A DNA stretch of 64,000 nt from an uncultured delta proteobacterium (GCA_963816145.1 CAWFJP010000013.1:160001-224000), one strand, 5' to 3'; counted from the stretch's first letter, positions 18,901-28,294 are shown. Notes: generated by a model not told the origin, from the letters alone. Program-made: numbers and translations.

Positions 18901-20291
18901 GTGGCGATTTCCGCGCCTAAGTTTGCTTCGATTTCACCGATGGCCCGCTCTCGCCCGGCCAGCAGGTACTCCTTCTGTGCCAAGTCGGCGCGCAGGCGAA
19001 TGAGATCGTTTTCCAGTTGCTGCCGGGCGCTATCGAGCAGACTGATGTCGGATTGAGCGCGTTCCAAATCAACGATGCGGCTTTGCAGGGCAGCGGTCTC
19101 GGCGCGGTGGCTTTGCAGCTCCGCTTCATGGGCGGTCGAGGCTTCATGCGCGCGGGCGAGTTCCTGTTGCAGCGCCTGAATGCGCCCGTGCAAGGCGAGC
19201 TCGACGGCGGTTACCGCTTCGTAGCGGTGCGTCAGTTCTTTTTCCTTGACCTCAACTTCATGCTGAAGATTCGCCACCTCTTCGGCCAGGGCGCGGCGAA
19301 TACTATCGATCTCTGCGCCGGCGGCCGCGGCCTGGCGGTGCGCCAATTCTAGATCGGCAACTCGCTGTTGGAGGGCGGCGATCTGTGTCCCGGCGGCGCG
19401 CAATTCGTCGTCACGAACCGCCAGATAGGCTTGTTTTTGCTCCAGCTCGTTGCGCAGTGTGGCGATCTCGCTTCTCAGGCCGCGCTCGATTTCCAACAAT
19501 GAGGTCTGGCTCTCCACGACCGTGCGGTCGCGTTCGGCCAGGGTGGTGCGCAGGCTCACCAATTCGCTTTCAAAACGGCCACGCGCCTGTTCGAGTTCGC
19601 GCGCCGCGTTCGCTTGCAGCTCATCTTGGAGCGCTTCGAGCGACCCCAGATGCTGGCGCAGCGCCGCGATCTCTTGTTGAGCCTTGCGCAACTCATCGGC
19701 GGTGCCGAAGGCGTTGGCTTGGTGCTCCGCGACTTGGTTTTCCAGCCGCTGCAACTGTTCGCGCAGGCCGCTTTCGATTTCCCGCCCGGCCAGTTGCTGT
19801 TGGTGAAACTCGCGTCGGTTTTTCGCCAATTCTTGATTGAGAGCAGCGATCTCCGCGCTAAGGCTTTCCCTGATCGCGTTGGTCTCGCGGGCGGCGCGCA
19901 CGGCCGCGTTATTCTCGCCTTCGAGCTGGTTGATGCGGTTTTGCAGCGCGATGATTTCGCTACTGGAGCGCTGGAGTCCGGCCTCATGTCCGGATAGGAG
20001 CTGTTGTTTCTCGTTGAGCTCGCGCTGGAGCTGCTCGACGGTTGAGCTCAGATTGCGGTCGACGGCGACGACTGGGCGCTCTTGCAGTTGTTTTTCTTTG
20101 GCGGCGAGATCGGCGCGCAGGATTGCCAGCTCGGATTCATAGTTCTCATGAAGGCGCGCTTTTTCATTCGCCGCGGTGGCCTGCGCTTGCTTGAGGTAGA
20201 GCTCCATCAGGCGAGTCTGCGCCAACAGGATGTCTATCTCGTTTAGCAGAAGAATCGCCGGATCGCTCTTTTGATATTTGGGTGTGTCCAT
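15966..20291 (-). CDS. giant coiled-coil protein (1,441 aa), function unknown
   Basis: E/Q/A/L/R-rich, nearly Pro-free helical sequence; no Walker motifs, signal peptide or TM helix; W/R-rich C-terminal tail. Confidence 0.85.
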   Translation of the reverse strand: MDTPKYQKSDPAILLLNEIDILLAQTRLMELYLKQAQATAANEKARLHENYESELAILRADLAAKEKQLQERPVVAVDRNLSSTVEQLQRELNEKQQLLSGHEAGLQRSSSEIIALQNRINQLEGENNAAVRAARETNAIRESLSAEIAALNQELAKNRREFHQQQLAGREIESGLREQLQRLENQVAEHQANAFGTADELRKAQQEIAALRQHLGSLEALQDELQANAARELEQARGRFESELVSLRTTLAERDRTVVESQTSLLEIERGLRSEIATLRNELEQKQAYLAVRDDELRAAGTQIAALQQRVADLELAHRQAAAAGAEIDSIRRALAEEVANLQHEVEVKEKELTHRYEAVTAVELALHGRIQALQQELARAHEASTAHEAELQSHRAETAALQSRIVDLERAQSDISLLDSARQQLENDLIRLRADLAQKEYLLAGRERAIGEIEANLGAEIATLQQQLEQERSAAASANDEVRQAHAALAATREQLAAQLAQKENEIDDLRASASKETEQLSHRVGELAQQLSERERHVADLDARLRAEIEALHQQLARERSAAGHAQEELVQRQAEFAAAREALAVQLKVKDSEIDSLRANAAGQTEELAKQVDDLRLQLAERQRSAADLEARLGVEIATLHQQLAQERNSATTASKELLQSHAELNATRERLDAQLKLKDNEIDSLRANTAKQTEQLSQQVENLRLQVAERERAFADLEARLGVEIATLHQQLAQERSSAASAGDEVRQAHAELATSREALEAELRQKDNEIEGLRASATGQSEQLSNRVNELQLQLAEKQLLADSRANEIGDLRTTVSQLSEQLSEKDDHYAQALGLWQNTEAQHNNQIAQLSAAREELSRAQTALEVQLDQARGANAGLRGELQEAKNRTAEIEELLQSSEAAKAAIDSDHARLRSSLKEIETLHDRSKAEAASELAEVRKALETELTELRGELQQKAWSLAQQQASVENLAQVHREQIRKLEARLSESQPVTERQTRELEQALSQADASQQQVEELRAELRQTQAAGASQVEQIRQEYAVRLDSANALLAAKSAELAKSGAVRANVEESLRAEITRLNNEMHSRTAALQSREDELDRLRAEMTAVQNRIMQLESFTARTESEAREISQAKSSLESDLASLRDELQQKSAAAMKQQSAIDDLAARHRSQVEQLEANLSEIQRSSEERRREIDQAQAQISLLQGRVEELQAALQQGELSANSRTEQLRQEYQARVDALSHELADNAAQLHDRVGISSDIEQALRSQIDRLIGEAQERNQILHNRNDELVRVKGELDSLSERFTQLQTNAIQAESSASDDAERMRTEYQAQLALLQAELSQKEWALEERQAIIAGIEQEHRQQIESLRQQLAEKEHPAAPVDGAFVMGEPNLTEAQREQLRKLDDLAKAVRSGDDTSYPAPSGRRWQSGFGWKRRWRS
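17890..18960 (-). repeat. four tandem 267-bp (89-aa) intragenic repeats
   Basis: The EI(A/E)(T/A)L.QQL..ER anchor recurs at 18106, 18373, 18640 and 18907, exactly 267 nt apart; outer limits approximate. Confidence 0.85.
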
Positions 20292-20370
20292 AAATACCGC
20301 CCGCGCTTAGCCAAACGCTGGGTAAATCCTCATCATTGGATGTACAGCTGTCGCTTCGCGCAAGAAGCAT

Positions 20371-20386
20371 AGCCAAAAACATGCCA
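20371..20386 (-). promoter_or_regulatory. candidate sigma-54 promoter (-24/-12)
   Basis: TGGCATGTTTTTGGCT = GG-N10-GC, 80 nt upstream of the coiled-coil gene; IHF-like AATCAGATAGTTA at 20411-20423. Confidence 0.5.
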
Positions 20387-20638
20387 TTGATAGAAACTAG
20401 AGTCGTTAAAAATCAGATAGTTATGATTATCCCGAAAGAGCAATTTAGCAAAGACTACTGCAAGACAGATGATTTCTGGACATATTCGGGAATTGCTGGA
20501 CAAAAATGTCTTCGTGGGAGTCTGAACGCCTTCGTTTCTGTTCGGATGACGCCGGCGGCAAAATCGCGCATTCATAAGACCGTATTGTCCCATGCAGGGA
20601 TTTGAAATGCCGCTAGGCTGTCGTTAGAATCCGGCGTC

Positions 20639-21694
20639 ATGGCCAATTACTTTCGTAGCAACATCCAGTTGATGTCGGGCTACGTGCCGGGCGAACAGCC
20701 GGGCGACGATGGTTTCATCAAACTCAACACCAACGAAAATCCGTATCCACCATCGCCCAAAGTCTACGCCGCATTGCGTAGGGAGATCGGCGCTTCGCTG
20801 CGTCTCTATCCGCAGCCGATGAGCGATAGTCTCTGCGCTGCGGCGGCTGCCGCCTATGGGATCAAAAAAGAAACTATCATGGCCGGTAACGGTTCCGATG
20901 AGCTGCTGTCGATCATCCTGCGATGCTTCGTCGAAGTCGGCGACCGGGTTGCCTATGCGACACCGACCTATTCGCTTTACGATACCTTGGTCGAAATCCA
21001 AGCGGGAGTCGCTGTTCGAGTGCCATTCCCGGAAGATTTTGCCGTGCCGGAAGAGCTGGCGCGGCAAGACGCGCCGCTGACGATTCTCTGCAATCCCAAT
21101 GCGCCGTCCGGGACGCTGGTGCCGTTGCCGGAAATCGCCAAGCTCGCCCGCGAGGTTGCCGGCATACTCGTGGTCGACGAAGCCTATGTCGATTTCGCCG
21201 CCAGTGAAGGCGCCTCGGCGATTCCGCTGATCCCGCACTTGCCCAACCTGATCGTGCTGCGGACGTTGTCGAAGTCGTTTTCACTCGCCGGCATGCGCAT
21301 CGGTCTTGCCTTTGCATCACCGGAGATTGTCGCCGGCATGCACAAGGTGCGCGATTCTTATAACCTCGATCGCATGAGCATCGCCGCCGGCACCGCGGCG
21401 CTCGAAGACCTGGCCTGGATGAAACGCAATGCCGCACGCATTCAGCGCAGCCGCCAGCGGCTCGCCAATGGGCTCAAGCGCTTGGGCTATCAGGTCTACC
21501 CGTCCCACACCAATTTCATTCTGGCGCGCCAGCGCGACAAAAATCTCAAACCGGTTTACGAGGAACTGAAGCGACGAAAGATTTTGGTGCGTTACTTCGA
21601 CACGCCGGGTCTGCGCGACTGCTTGCGCATCACGGTGGGCACGCCGAAGGAATTACGGGCTGTATTGAACGAGCTGGCGGCGCTCCCGGTGTAG
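20639..21694 (+). CDS. hisC: histidinol-phosphate aminotransferase
   Basis: YVPGEQP, KLNTNENPYPPSP, GNGSDE, VDEAYVDF, RTLSKSFSLAGMRIG. Confidence 0.95.
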   Translation: MANYFRSNIQLMSGYVPGEQPGDDGFIKLNTNENPYPPSPKVYAALRREIGASLRLYPQPMSDSLCAAAAAAYGIKKETIMAGNGSDELLSIILRCFVEVGDRVAYATPTYSLYDTLVEIQAGVAVRVPFPEDFAVPEELARQDAPLTILCNPNAPSGTLVPLPEIAKLAREVAGILVVDEAYVDFAASEGASAIPLIPHLPNLIVLRTLSKSFSLAGMRIGLAFASPEIVAGMHKVRDSYNLDRMSIAAGTAALEDLAWMKRNAARIQRSRQRLANGLKRLGYQVYPSHTNFILARQRDKNLKPVYEELKRRKILVRYFDTPGLRDCLRITVGTPKELRAVLNELAALPV

Positions 21695-21733
21695 TCGCCA
21701 GAATCTACCGGCGCAGGCGAAAGGAGTTGGATT

Positions 21734-22147
21734 ATGGGCAAATTCAGAATTACCACGCTTGATCATATCGTACTCAACGTCGGCGACATTGATCGGGCGT
21801 TGCAGTTTTACACCGGAGTCTTGGGCTTGACGGGCGAGCGGGTGGAACTATTTAAGTCCGGCAAAGTCGGTTTTCCGTCCGTTCGCATCAACGACGACAC
21901 GATCATCGATCTTTTCCCGCGCAAGACTTTCGACGGTCGCTCGATTACGGAGAAGGTCGACGGCAATCTCAATCATGTTTGTTTGGTCGTTGATGCTGTT
22001 GACTTTGCTGGCGTCCTCGAAGACTTGAAGACAAACCGAATCGCGATTCGCGAGGGACCGGTGTCGCGTTGGGGCGCGCGGGGACAGGCGACTTCGGTGT
22101 ATTTTCTCGATCCTGAAGGTAATGAAATAGAAATTCGCTGCTACTGA
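21734..22147 (+). CDS. VOC/glyoxalase family protein
   Basis: LDHIVLNV, GARG..TSVYFLDPEGNEIEI; AAGGAG RBS. Confidence 0.9.
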   Translation: MGKFRITTLDHIVLNVGDIDRALQFYTGVLGLTGERVELFKSGKVGFPSVRINDDTIIDLFPRKTFDGRSITEKVDGNLNHVCLVVDAVDFAGVLEDLKTNRIAIREGPVSRWGARGQATSVYFLDPEGNEIEIRCY

Positions 22148-22189
22148 AGCATGGAGTGATGCGGTCCAATCCTCGATTGCCGCAGCACG

Positions 22190-23503
22190 CTAGGCGGTTT
22201 TGTTTTCCTCGACTTTGATTTTGACGATGCGCCGGCCTTCCATGTCGACGATAGTGAGTTTGTAGCCGTTTTGATCGATCCATTCGCCGCCGCGCGGAAT
22301 TCTTTTCAACCGCGCCAGCATGAGGCCAGCGAGTGTGTGATAGTCCGGCGATTCTTCGAATGGCAGTGCAAAATCGGTTTTGAGGTCCTTGAGCAGCGCC
22401 GAGCCGGCGATCACCATGGAGCCGTCGGGCAGGCGCTCCACAGGGCCCCGTTCTTCGCGGTCGTATTCGTCGCGGATCTCACCGACGATCTCCTCGACCA
22501 GGTCTTCGAGAGTGGCGATGCCTTCGATCTCACCGAATTCGTTGACCACCAGGGCCATGGCCAGGCGGCGCCGTTGCAACTGTTTCAACAGTTCGCTGAT
22601 GGGCAGTGTGCTCGGCACGAAGAATGCGGGATGCAAATGATCGCGCACGCGAAAGTCGCTATCCTCTTGCAGGGCTTTAAAGACATCTTTGTAGTAAAGA
22701 ATGCCGATGACTTTGTCCAAGTCGCCGTCGTAGACCGGCACACGGGAAAAGCCGCTGTCGACGAAATTTTTCGCCACTTCCGCCAGTGACGCATGCACTT
22801 CGAGGGCGTGAATCTCGGTGCGCGGCTTCATGACCGCTTTGACCGGGGTATCGGTAAATTCGAAAACACTATGGATGAGTTCCTTTTCGGTCTCGTTGAA
22901 GATGCCCTTGGCGGCGCCTTCGCGGATCAACGATTTAACTTCATCGGCGGAGATAAAACTGGCGCCGCCGGCGTCTTTGCCGCCAAATAGTTTAAGCACT
23001 AAATTGCTTGATCCGGTAAGAAGTTTGACGAAGATCGCGCTGGATCGCGCGAGCAGTTCGATGGGCCGGGCGACCGCGCAAGCGATTTGTTCGGAAAATC
23101 TCAAGGCGAGGGATTTGGGCACAAGTTCGCCGAGCACCAGCGAGAAGTAAGAGATCGGCAGGACGACGATGGTCAGTGCCATGGCTTCCGCCCAGCGTGG
23201 CGCCCAAGCAAACGGCAAAGCGGCGATCTGCGGTTTCAAGTAGCCGATGGCGGCGGCGCCGCCGAGCGCCGACGCGAACGAGCTGATGACCGTGACGCCG
23301 ACCTGGACGGTGGCCAAGAAGCGATCCGGGTCGGCTTTCAGCCGGGCCACCGCCGCGGCGGATCGGACGCCTTTGTCGAGGAGCGCGTCGATGCGGCTTT
23401 TGCGCATGGCGATCATGGCAATCTCCGACGCGGCGAAGAAGCCGTTGGCGAAAATCAACGCAAGAATCAAAATCGCTTCAAACCAAAAGTTCTCTAGGGT
23501 CAT
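22190..23503 (-). CDS. hemolysin-family CNNM/CorC transporter (DUF21-CBS-CorC)
   Basis: ANGFFAASEIA, FLATVQVG, GELVPKSLA, FSRVPVY, LEDLVEEIVGEIRDE. Confidence 0.93.
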   Translation of the reverse strand: MTLENFWFEAILILALIFANGFFAASEIAMIAMRKSRIDALLDKGVRSAAAVARLKADPDRFLATVQVGVTVISSFASALGGAAAIGYLKPQIAALPFAWAPRWAEAMALTIVVLPISYFSLVLGELVPKSLALRFSEQIACAVARPIELLARSSAIFVKLLTGSSNLVLKLFGGKDAGGASFISADEVKSLIREGAAKGIFNETEKELIHSVFEFTDTPVKAVMKPRTEIHALEVHASLAEVAKNFVDSGFSRVPVYDGDLDKVIGILYYKDVFKALQEDSDFRVRDHLHPAFFVPSTLPISELLKQLQRRRLAMALVVNEFGEIEGIATLEDLVEEIVGEIRDEYDREERGPVERLPDGSMVIAGSALLKDLKTDFALPFEESPDYHTLAGLMLARLKRIPRGGEWIDQNGYKLTIVDMEGRRIVKIKVEENKTA

Positions 23504-23708
23504 CGGTGGCGTCTCCTCATTGGCTTCGCATCGCTGAACGAAGCGCAAATCAGGGTGGCGATACTAGCAAATCGACCGGTATTGGCGTGGCCGCGGGCTG
23601 CGAGTGGGCATGGAGGTTGACAAGAATTCTAGCGGCCCGCTCGGAAAAGGCAAGGGGGCGATTTACGCTGTGATCACTTTCAAGTAGGATCGCCCTAGGG
23701 AGTATTTC

Positions 23709-25967
23709 TTGGCGGATAAACAGAACGAACTCACGTCCATCCAAGGCACTATCAGCCGGATCACTTATCAGCATCCCGAGAGCCACTACACGGTGGCGCG
23801 CCTGGACGAAGACGGCGGACCGGCGGCGACCGTGGTCGGCGTGCTGTATCCTGTTTCCGAAGGCGAAGAGATTAAAGTCACCGGCGTCTGGAAGCGCCAT
23901 CCGCGGTACGGCCTGCAATTTCAGGTCGACCATTGGACCAAGGTCGATCCGGCGACTCTTGAAGGGATCGAAAAATACTTAGGCTCGGGCATGATCAAGG
24001 GCATCGGGCCGACGTACGCCAAGCGTTTGGTCGGTGCCTTCGGTCTCGAAACGCTGCGGGTGTTATCCGACGAACCGCTGCGGATTCTCGATGTCGAAGG
24101 CATCGGCGAAGTGCGGGCGCGTCGGATCATGGAGGCGTGGCAATCCCAGCGCGGCATGCAGGATGTCATGGTGTTTCTCCAGGGCCATGGCGTCGGCGCT
24201 TCCCTGGCACTGCGCATCTATCGGGTTTACGGCGCAGGTACGGTTGCACAGGTGAGAGAAAATCCCTATGCGCTGGCCCAGCAGGTGCACGGCATCGGCT
24301 TTCTGCTTGCCGACCGGCTCGCCGGCCATATCGGTATTCGCGGCGATTTCCCGTTGCGGGTGCAAGCCGGCGTTCTGCATGTTTTGCGCGAATCCGCGGA
24401 ACGCGGCCATTGCTATCTGCCTTTAGGCGCGTTGGCTAAAAGCGCTTGCCAACTGCTCGAAGTCGACGATGAGCGCGTTGACATAGCAGTCGAGAAACTC
24501 GCCGAGCGCGGCGAGGTGGTTTTGCAGAGCGCGCGCGATCCGCACCTCACGCGCTTGTATCTGGCGAATTTGTTCGAGGCCGAAAACCGCGTGGCCCAGG
24601 CAATTGCCCGGCTTCTGACCACGCCGTCGTTTCTCCAAGGCGAGCGGCGGCCACGACCTTGGGAGAAAGATCAGCAGGTCAGCCGCGGCGCCATCGATCT
24701 GTTGAGCGGTGCGTTGTTCTCCGATTTGCCGATCACCCTCGATGAAGATCAGGTCAATGCGGCGCGGCGCGCTTTGCAAGAGAAGGTCTTCGTCATCACC
24801 GGCGGGCCGGGAACGGGTAAAACAACCTTGCTGATGTCTCTGCTGGCGATCCTGCGGCGCGCCAAAGTAACCTTCGCGCTGGCCGCGCCAACCGGGCGGG
24901 CGGCAAAACGGATGACCGAAAGCACCGGCGAAGAGGCGGCCACGCTGCACCGCCTGCTCGAATACACGCCGCGCGAAGGCGGATTCCAGCGCAACGCCGA
25001 TAACCCGCTGCAGGTCGATGTCATCATCGTCGACGAAGCCTCGATGGTCGATATTGCGCTGATGGATCATTTGCTAGCGGCCATCGAACCGCACACTCAT
25101 TTGATTCTAGTGGGTGACGTGGATCAGCTCCCCTCGGTGGGGCCGGGCAGCGTGCTCAAGGACTTGATCGACTCGCAGTCGGTGCCGGTGGCGATCCTGC
25201 GGCGCATCTTTCGCCAGGACCAACAAAGTTTGATCGTGGTCAATGCGCACCGAATCCTCCAGGGACAAAATCTGCAGTTCTCCGATGCGCGCGAGCGGCG
25301 CGACTTCGATTTCATCGCCCGCGAGAGCGAGGAAGACATACTTGAGACGATCAAGGAACTGTTGCGCGAGCGCATCCCGCAATGGCTCGGCGTTCAGCCG
25401 GAGGATATCGTCCAGTCGGTGCAACTCCTGACGCCGATGCATCGCGGTTTGCTCGGTACGATTCAACTCAATCGCGATCTGCAAACGCTGTTCAATCCAA
25501 TCGGCCAAGCGATCGAGCGGGGCGGCATGACTTTGCGCGTGCGCGACAAGGTCATGCAATTGCGCAACAACTACGATAAAGGGGTTTTCAACGGCGATCT
25601 CGGACGAATCGTCTCGATCGACCGCGAGGATGGCAAGATTCGCGTCGATTACGACGAGCGGGTGGTCGAATACGAGGCCGATGAGTGGGATGAGATAAGT
25701 TTGGCCTACGCGACCTCGATCCATAAGAGCCAGGGCAGCGAATATCCCGTGGTGATCTTACCGCTGCACACCTCGCACTACATCATGCTTTACCGCAGCA
25801 TTCTCTACACCGCAGTGACGCGCGGCAAGAAACTCGTCATCGTCGTCGGCAGCCACAAGGCGCTCGGCATGGCGATCCGCAACGTCAGAGTGGAGATTCG
25901 CAACACCGGGCTCAAAGAAAGGCTGATTGCGGCGCTAGAGGATAATCGTCATTGGCGGTTAATTTGA
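23709..25967 (+). CDS. recD2: ATP-dependent RecD-like DNA helicase (RecD2)
   Basis: YLGSGMIKGIGP HhH region, TGGPGTGKTT, APTGRAAKR, VDEASM, GDVDQLPSVG, IHKSQGSEY. Confidence 0.93.
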   Translation: MADKQNELTSIQGTISRITYQHPESHYTVARLDEDGGPAATVVGVLYPVSEGEEIKVTGVWKRHPRYGLQFQVDHWTKVDPATLEGIEKYLGSGMIKGIGPTYAKRLVGAFGLETLRVLSDEPLRILDVEGIGEVRARRIMEAWQSQRGMQDVMVFLQGHGVGASLALRIYRVYGAGTVAQVRENPYALAQQVHGIGFLLADRLAGHIGIRGDFPLRVQAGVLHVLRESAERGHCYLPLGALAKSACQLLEVDDERVDIAVEKLAERGEVVLQSARDPHLTRLYLANLFEAENRVAQAIARLLTTPSFLQGERRPRPWEKDQQVSRGAIDLLSGALFSDLPITLDEDQVNAARRALQEKVFVITGGPGTGKTTLLMSLLAILRRAKVTFALAAPTGRAAKRMTESTGEEAATLHRLLEYTPREGGFQRNADNPLQVDVIIVDEASMVDIALMDHLLAAIEPHTHLILVGDVDQLPSVGPGSVLKDLIDSQSVPVAILRRIFRQDQQSLIVVNAHRILQGQNLQFSDARERRDFDFIARESEEDILETIKELLRERIPQWLGVQPEDIVQSVQLLTPMHRGLLGTIQLNRDLQTLFNPIGQAIERGGMTLRVRDKVMQLRNNYDKGVFNGDLGRIVSIDREDGKIRVDYDERVVEYEADEWDEISLAYATSIHKSQGSEYPVVILPLHTSHYIMLYRSILYTAVTRGKKLVIVVGSHKALGMAIRNVRVEIRNTGLKERLIAALEDNRHWRLI

Positions 25968-26667
25968 ACTGAACAATCGGCCCAGTCGGTTGTCGGTATG
26001 ATGAATTCCCATCTTTTTTAAGCAGGCCCAAATCGTCGCTTGATTGCTATTGATCACCGGTTTAGCCAAATCGCGCTCCAAGTCGGCGATCGTTTCGATC
26101 ATGCGGGTATTCGTACAGCTCAAGAAATAGCCGTCGGCATCGGCGCGCAGATTCTCTTTGACGACTTTTTTCCATTCCTCAGGCGTGATCGTGGAATAGG
26201 CTTGTGATTCCAACGCCAGCCCTTTCTCGTGCAACACGGTGTAGCCGGTCTCACTCAGATAATTCACTTCGAGCTGATTGGTGGCCTGCACATAAGGGCT
26301 GATCAGCACGAGTTTCTTGATGCCGACGCGGTCGAACGCCTGGGTCAGAGCCTGGGCGGTGGTGATGGTCGGACAGCCGCTGGCTTGCTCGATGATATCG
26401 ACGATCGCCTTTTCGTGCGCCAAGCCGCTCTCCATCGAGTTCGCCGTGCAGTGAAACACGATGACGCTCGGTTTGATGTCGGAGAGCGCTTCGGCGGCCT
26501 CGAATCAATTCCGGCTTCAATATTTCGAGCGGCTTGCGATGTTTCCCCGCCATGCGCAAGCGCGTGACATAGGCCTCGACGCCGCTCGGCAGATAAGCGT
26601 GAAACTGCGGTTCGGTGAGCCGGTTGGCCGACGGAATGATTAAGCCGATGCTCGGTGGAGTTGCCAT
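25959..26667 (-). CDS. maleate cis-trans isomerase / arylmalonate decarboxylase family protein, apparent frameshift near 26503
   Basis: IGLIIPSAN..EP in ORF 26251..26667; FHCT, ISPY, LSCTN, PVINSNQA in ORF 25959..26459. Confidence 0.85.
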
Positions 26668-26844
26668 GAAAAATTCTCCTAATGGAATTTGGCGAACTGG
26701 TTTATGGTTCTCGGAATACGACCGACTATTTCACGGTGACCCCAGGGGTTGTCAAGGCCAGGGTCGTCTCTCAGGCGACCCTAGTCTTGCGGCGAAAAGC
26801 AAATTTATGCTAGGTGCGGGAATGCTGATGCCAAAAGACATTGC

Positions 26845-27402
26845 ATGACTCCGCAAGAACAATCTCTCATCACCGGTTGCATTCGCGGCGACAAAGCGGC
26901 GTGGGATGCTTTCGTGCAACAATATTCCCCTCTTGTTTATCACACGATTCGAAAGACCTTCGTCACCTATCACGCTGAATCGACCTCGGATTTGGTCGAC
27001 GACCTGTTTCAAGATTTTTTTCTCGCCATCGTTGCCGACGAGTTCAAAAAATTGCGGCAGTTCCGCGGCGATAACGGCTGCACGCTGGCAAGCTGGCTCC
27101 GGATGGTCGCCGCTCGTTTGACAATCGACGAGCTGCGAAAGCGGGTCACTTCACGTGCCGACGCACCGCTCGAATTGGCGCAACCCGATGACACAGACTG
27201 CGCGGCGATAACGGACGAACAGCTAAATGCGCTTAGCCAAGCGATCGAGTCGCTGCCGCCAAAAGACCGGCTGCTGATTCAATTTTGCTTTCGCCAAAAC
27301 CTTTCCCCGCCAGATGTTGCGAAGCTGCTAAAGACATCGGTCCCTGCAGTCTACACCCAGAAAAGCCGCATTCTCAGCAAACTCCGCGCGATACTTAAAT
27401 AA
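26845..27402 (+). CDS. ECF-type RNA polymerase sigma-70 factor
   Basis: Sigma2 (GDKAAWDAFVQQY, DDLFQD, SWLRMVA..IDELRK) and sigma4 (LPPKDR..VAKLLK..VYTQKSRI). Confidence 0.92.
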   Translation: MTPQEQSLITGCIRGDKAAWDAFVQQYSPLVYHTIRKTFVTYHAESTSDLVDDLFQDFFLAIVADEFKKLRQFRGDNGCTLASWLRMVAARLTIDELRKRVTSRADAPLELAQPDDTDCAAITDEQLNALSQAIESLPPKDRLLIQFCFRQNLSPPDVAKLLKTSVPAVYTQKSRILSKLRAILK

Positions 27403-27414
27403 GTTACCGTCTCG

Positions 27415-27443
27415 GTAAGATTTTCGCGTCTATCCGTCTATTT
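27415..27443 (+). promoter_or_regulatory. candidate ECF promoter 1
   Basis: GTAAG-N15-CGTCTATTT directly after the sigma stop; same motif recurs at 30904. Confidence 0.65.
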
Positions 27444-27652
27444 CCACAGTCGAGCTGTACAAACCTTTTGTCGGCTTTTGTGATCGTGCGTTTGTTCCAA
27501 CGCGCATGATGGAAGAGGGCAGAACAAGAAGCCTCCGATTTTTGGTGGTGAATCATGAGAGTTTAGCCTGACTCAAGACTTGGCCGCGCGCGGCTCCTGC
27601 GAATCGAAATATCGAGAATGGGCAGAGCAACGTCGGGAAAGGATGATTTAGT

Positions 27653-28276
27653 ATGAAGCGTCTTTTGATGTTGATGCTCTTGGTTGGACTGTTAGGCAGT
27701 GAGGCTTTAGCTCAGGAGTCCGCCCCGGCACCTGTGTTTAAAGACGGCGATACCTGGCGAATCAATATTTCACGGATGGGCCAGGTCAGCAGTACGACGG
27801 ATCAAAACGAAGGTATCTATGAGCTGGTTTTCACCCAAGGCAAAGTAAAGGTGTTTGCGGTGGATGGCGATCAGAAAAAGGAGTTGGAAATCCAGCCGGA
27901 CAGCACCGCGGAGACATTGTTGGGCGTAGTCGGCAAGAGTGAGCGGCGTCCGGATCTCAAATTCCCGCTCACGATGGGAAAAAAATGGGATTATCAGTTC
28001 ATCAATAAACCAGCGGGTGCTCGTCAAGAGCAGCGCAGGGCGGTTGAAGTCGCCGTTGTCGGACAGGAGCAAATAACGGTGCCGGCCGGCTCATTCAAGG
28101 TATTTAAGCTGGTCAGAACCGAACAGTGGTCTGTTGGTCGGACTGGCGTAAACACCAGCACATCGACGTTCTATTATAGCCCGGAGACCAAGAGTATCGT
28201 TAAACGCATCACCGAGAGCTCCAACAATCCGGGTATCTTGACAAATGATCTGTTGAAATTCACGCCGGGAAGCTAG
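27653..28276 (+). CDS. secreted hypothetical protein (beta-rich, TVPAG[S/T]F motif)
   Basis: Signal peptide ending ALA-Q, AAGGA RBS, APVFKDGDTW, ITVPAGSFKVFKL, YYSPE. Confidence 0.8.
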   Translation: MKRLLMLMLLVGLLGSEALAQESAPAPVFKDGDTWRINISRMGQVSSTTDQNEGIYELVFTQGKVKVFAVDGDQKKELEIQPDSTAETLLGVVGKSERRPDLKFPLTMGKKWDYQFINKPAGARQEQRRAVEVAVVGQEQITVPAGSFKVFKLVRTEQWSVGRTGVNTSTSTFYYSPETKSIVKRITESSNNPGILTNDLLKFTPGS

Positions 28277-28294
28277 AATCGAGAAAGGAAAAAA

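Noticed and set aside
15966-20291. SMC/SbcC-type ATPase call for the coiled-coil protein
   Set aside because: No Walker A/B, signature motif or hinge; similarity would be compositional only.
27555-27577. HspR/HAIR-like site (GAGT..ACTCAAG)
   Set aside because: Left half-site and spacing do not match, and it is not near a heat-shock gene.
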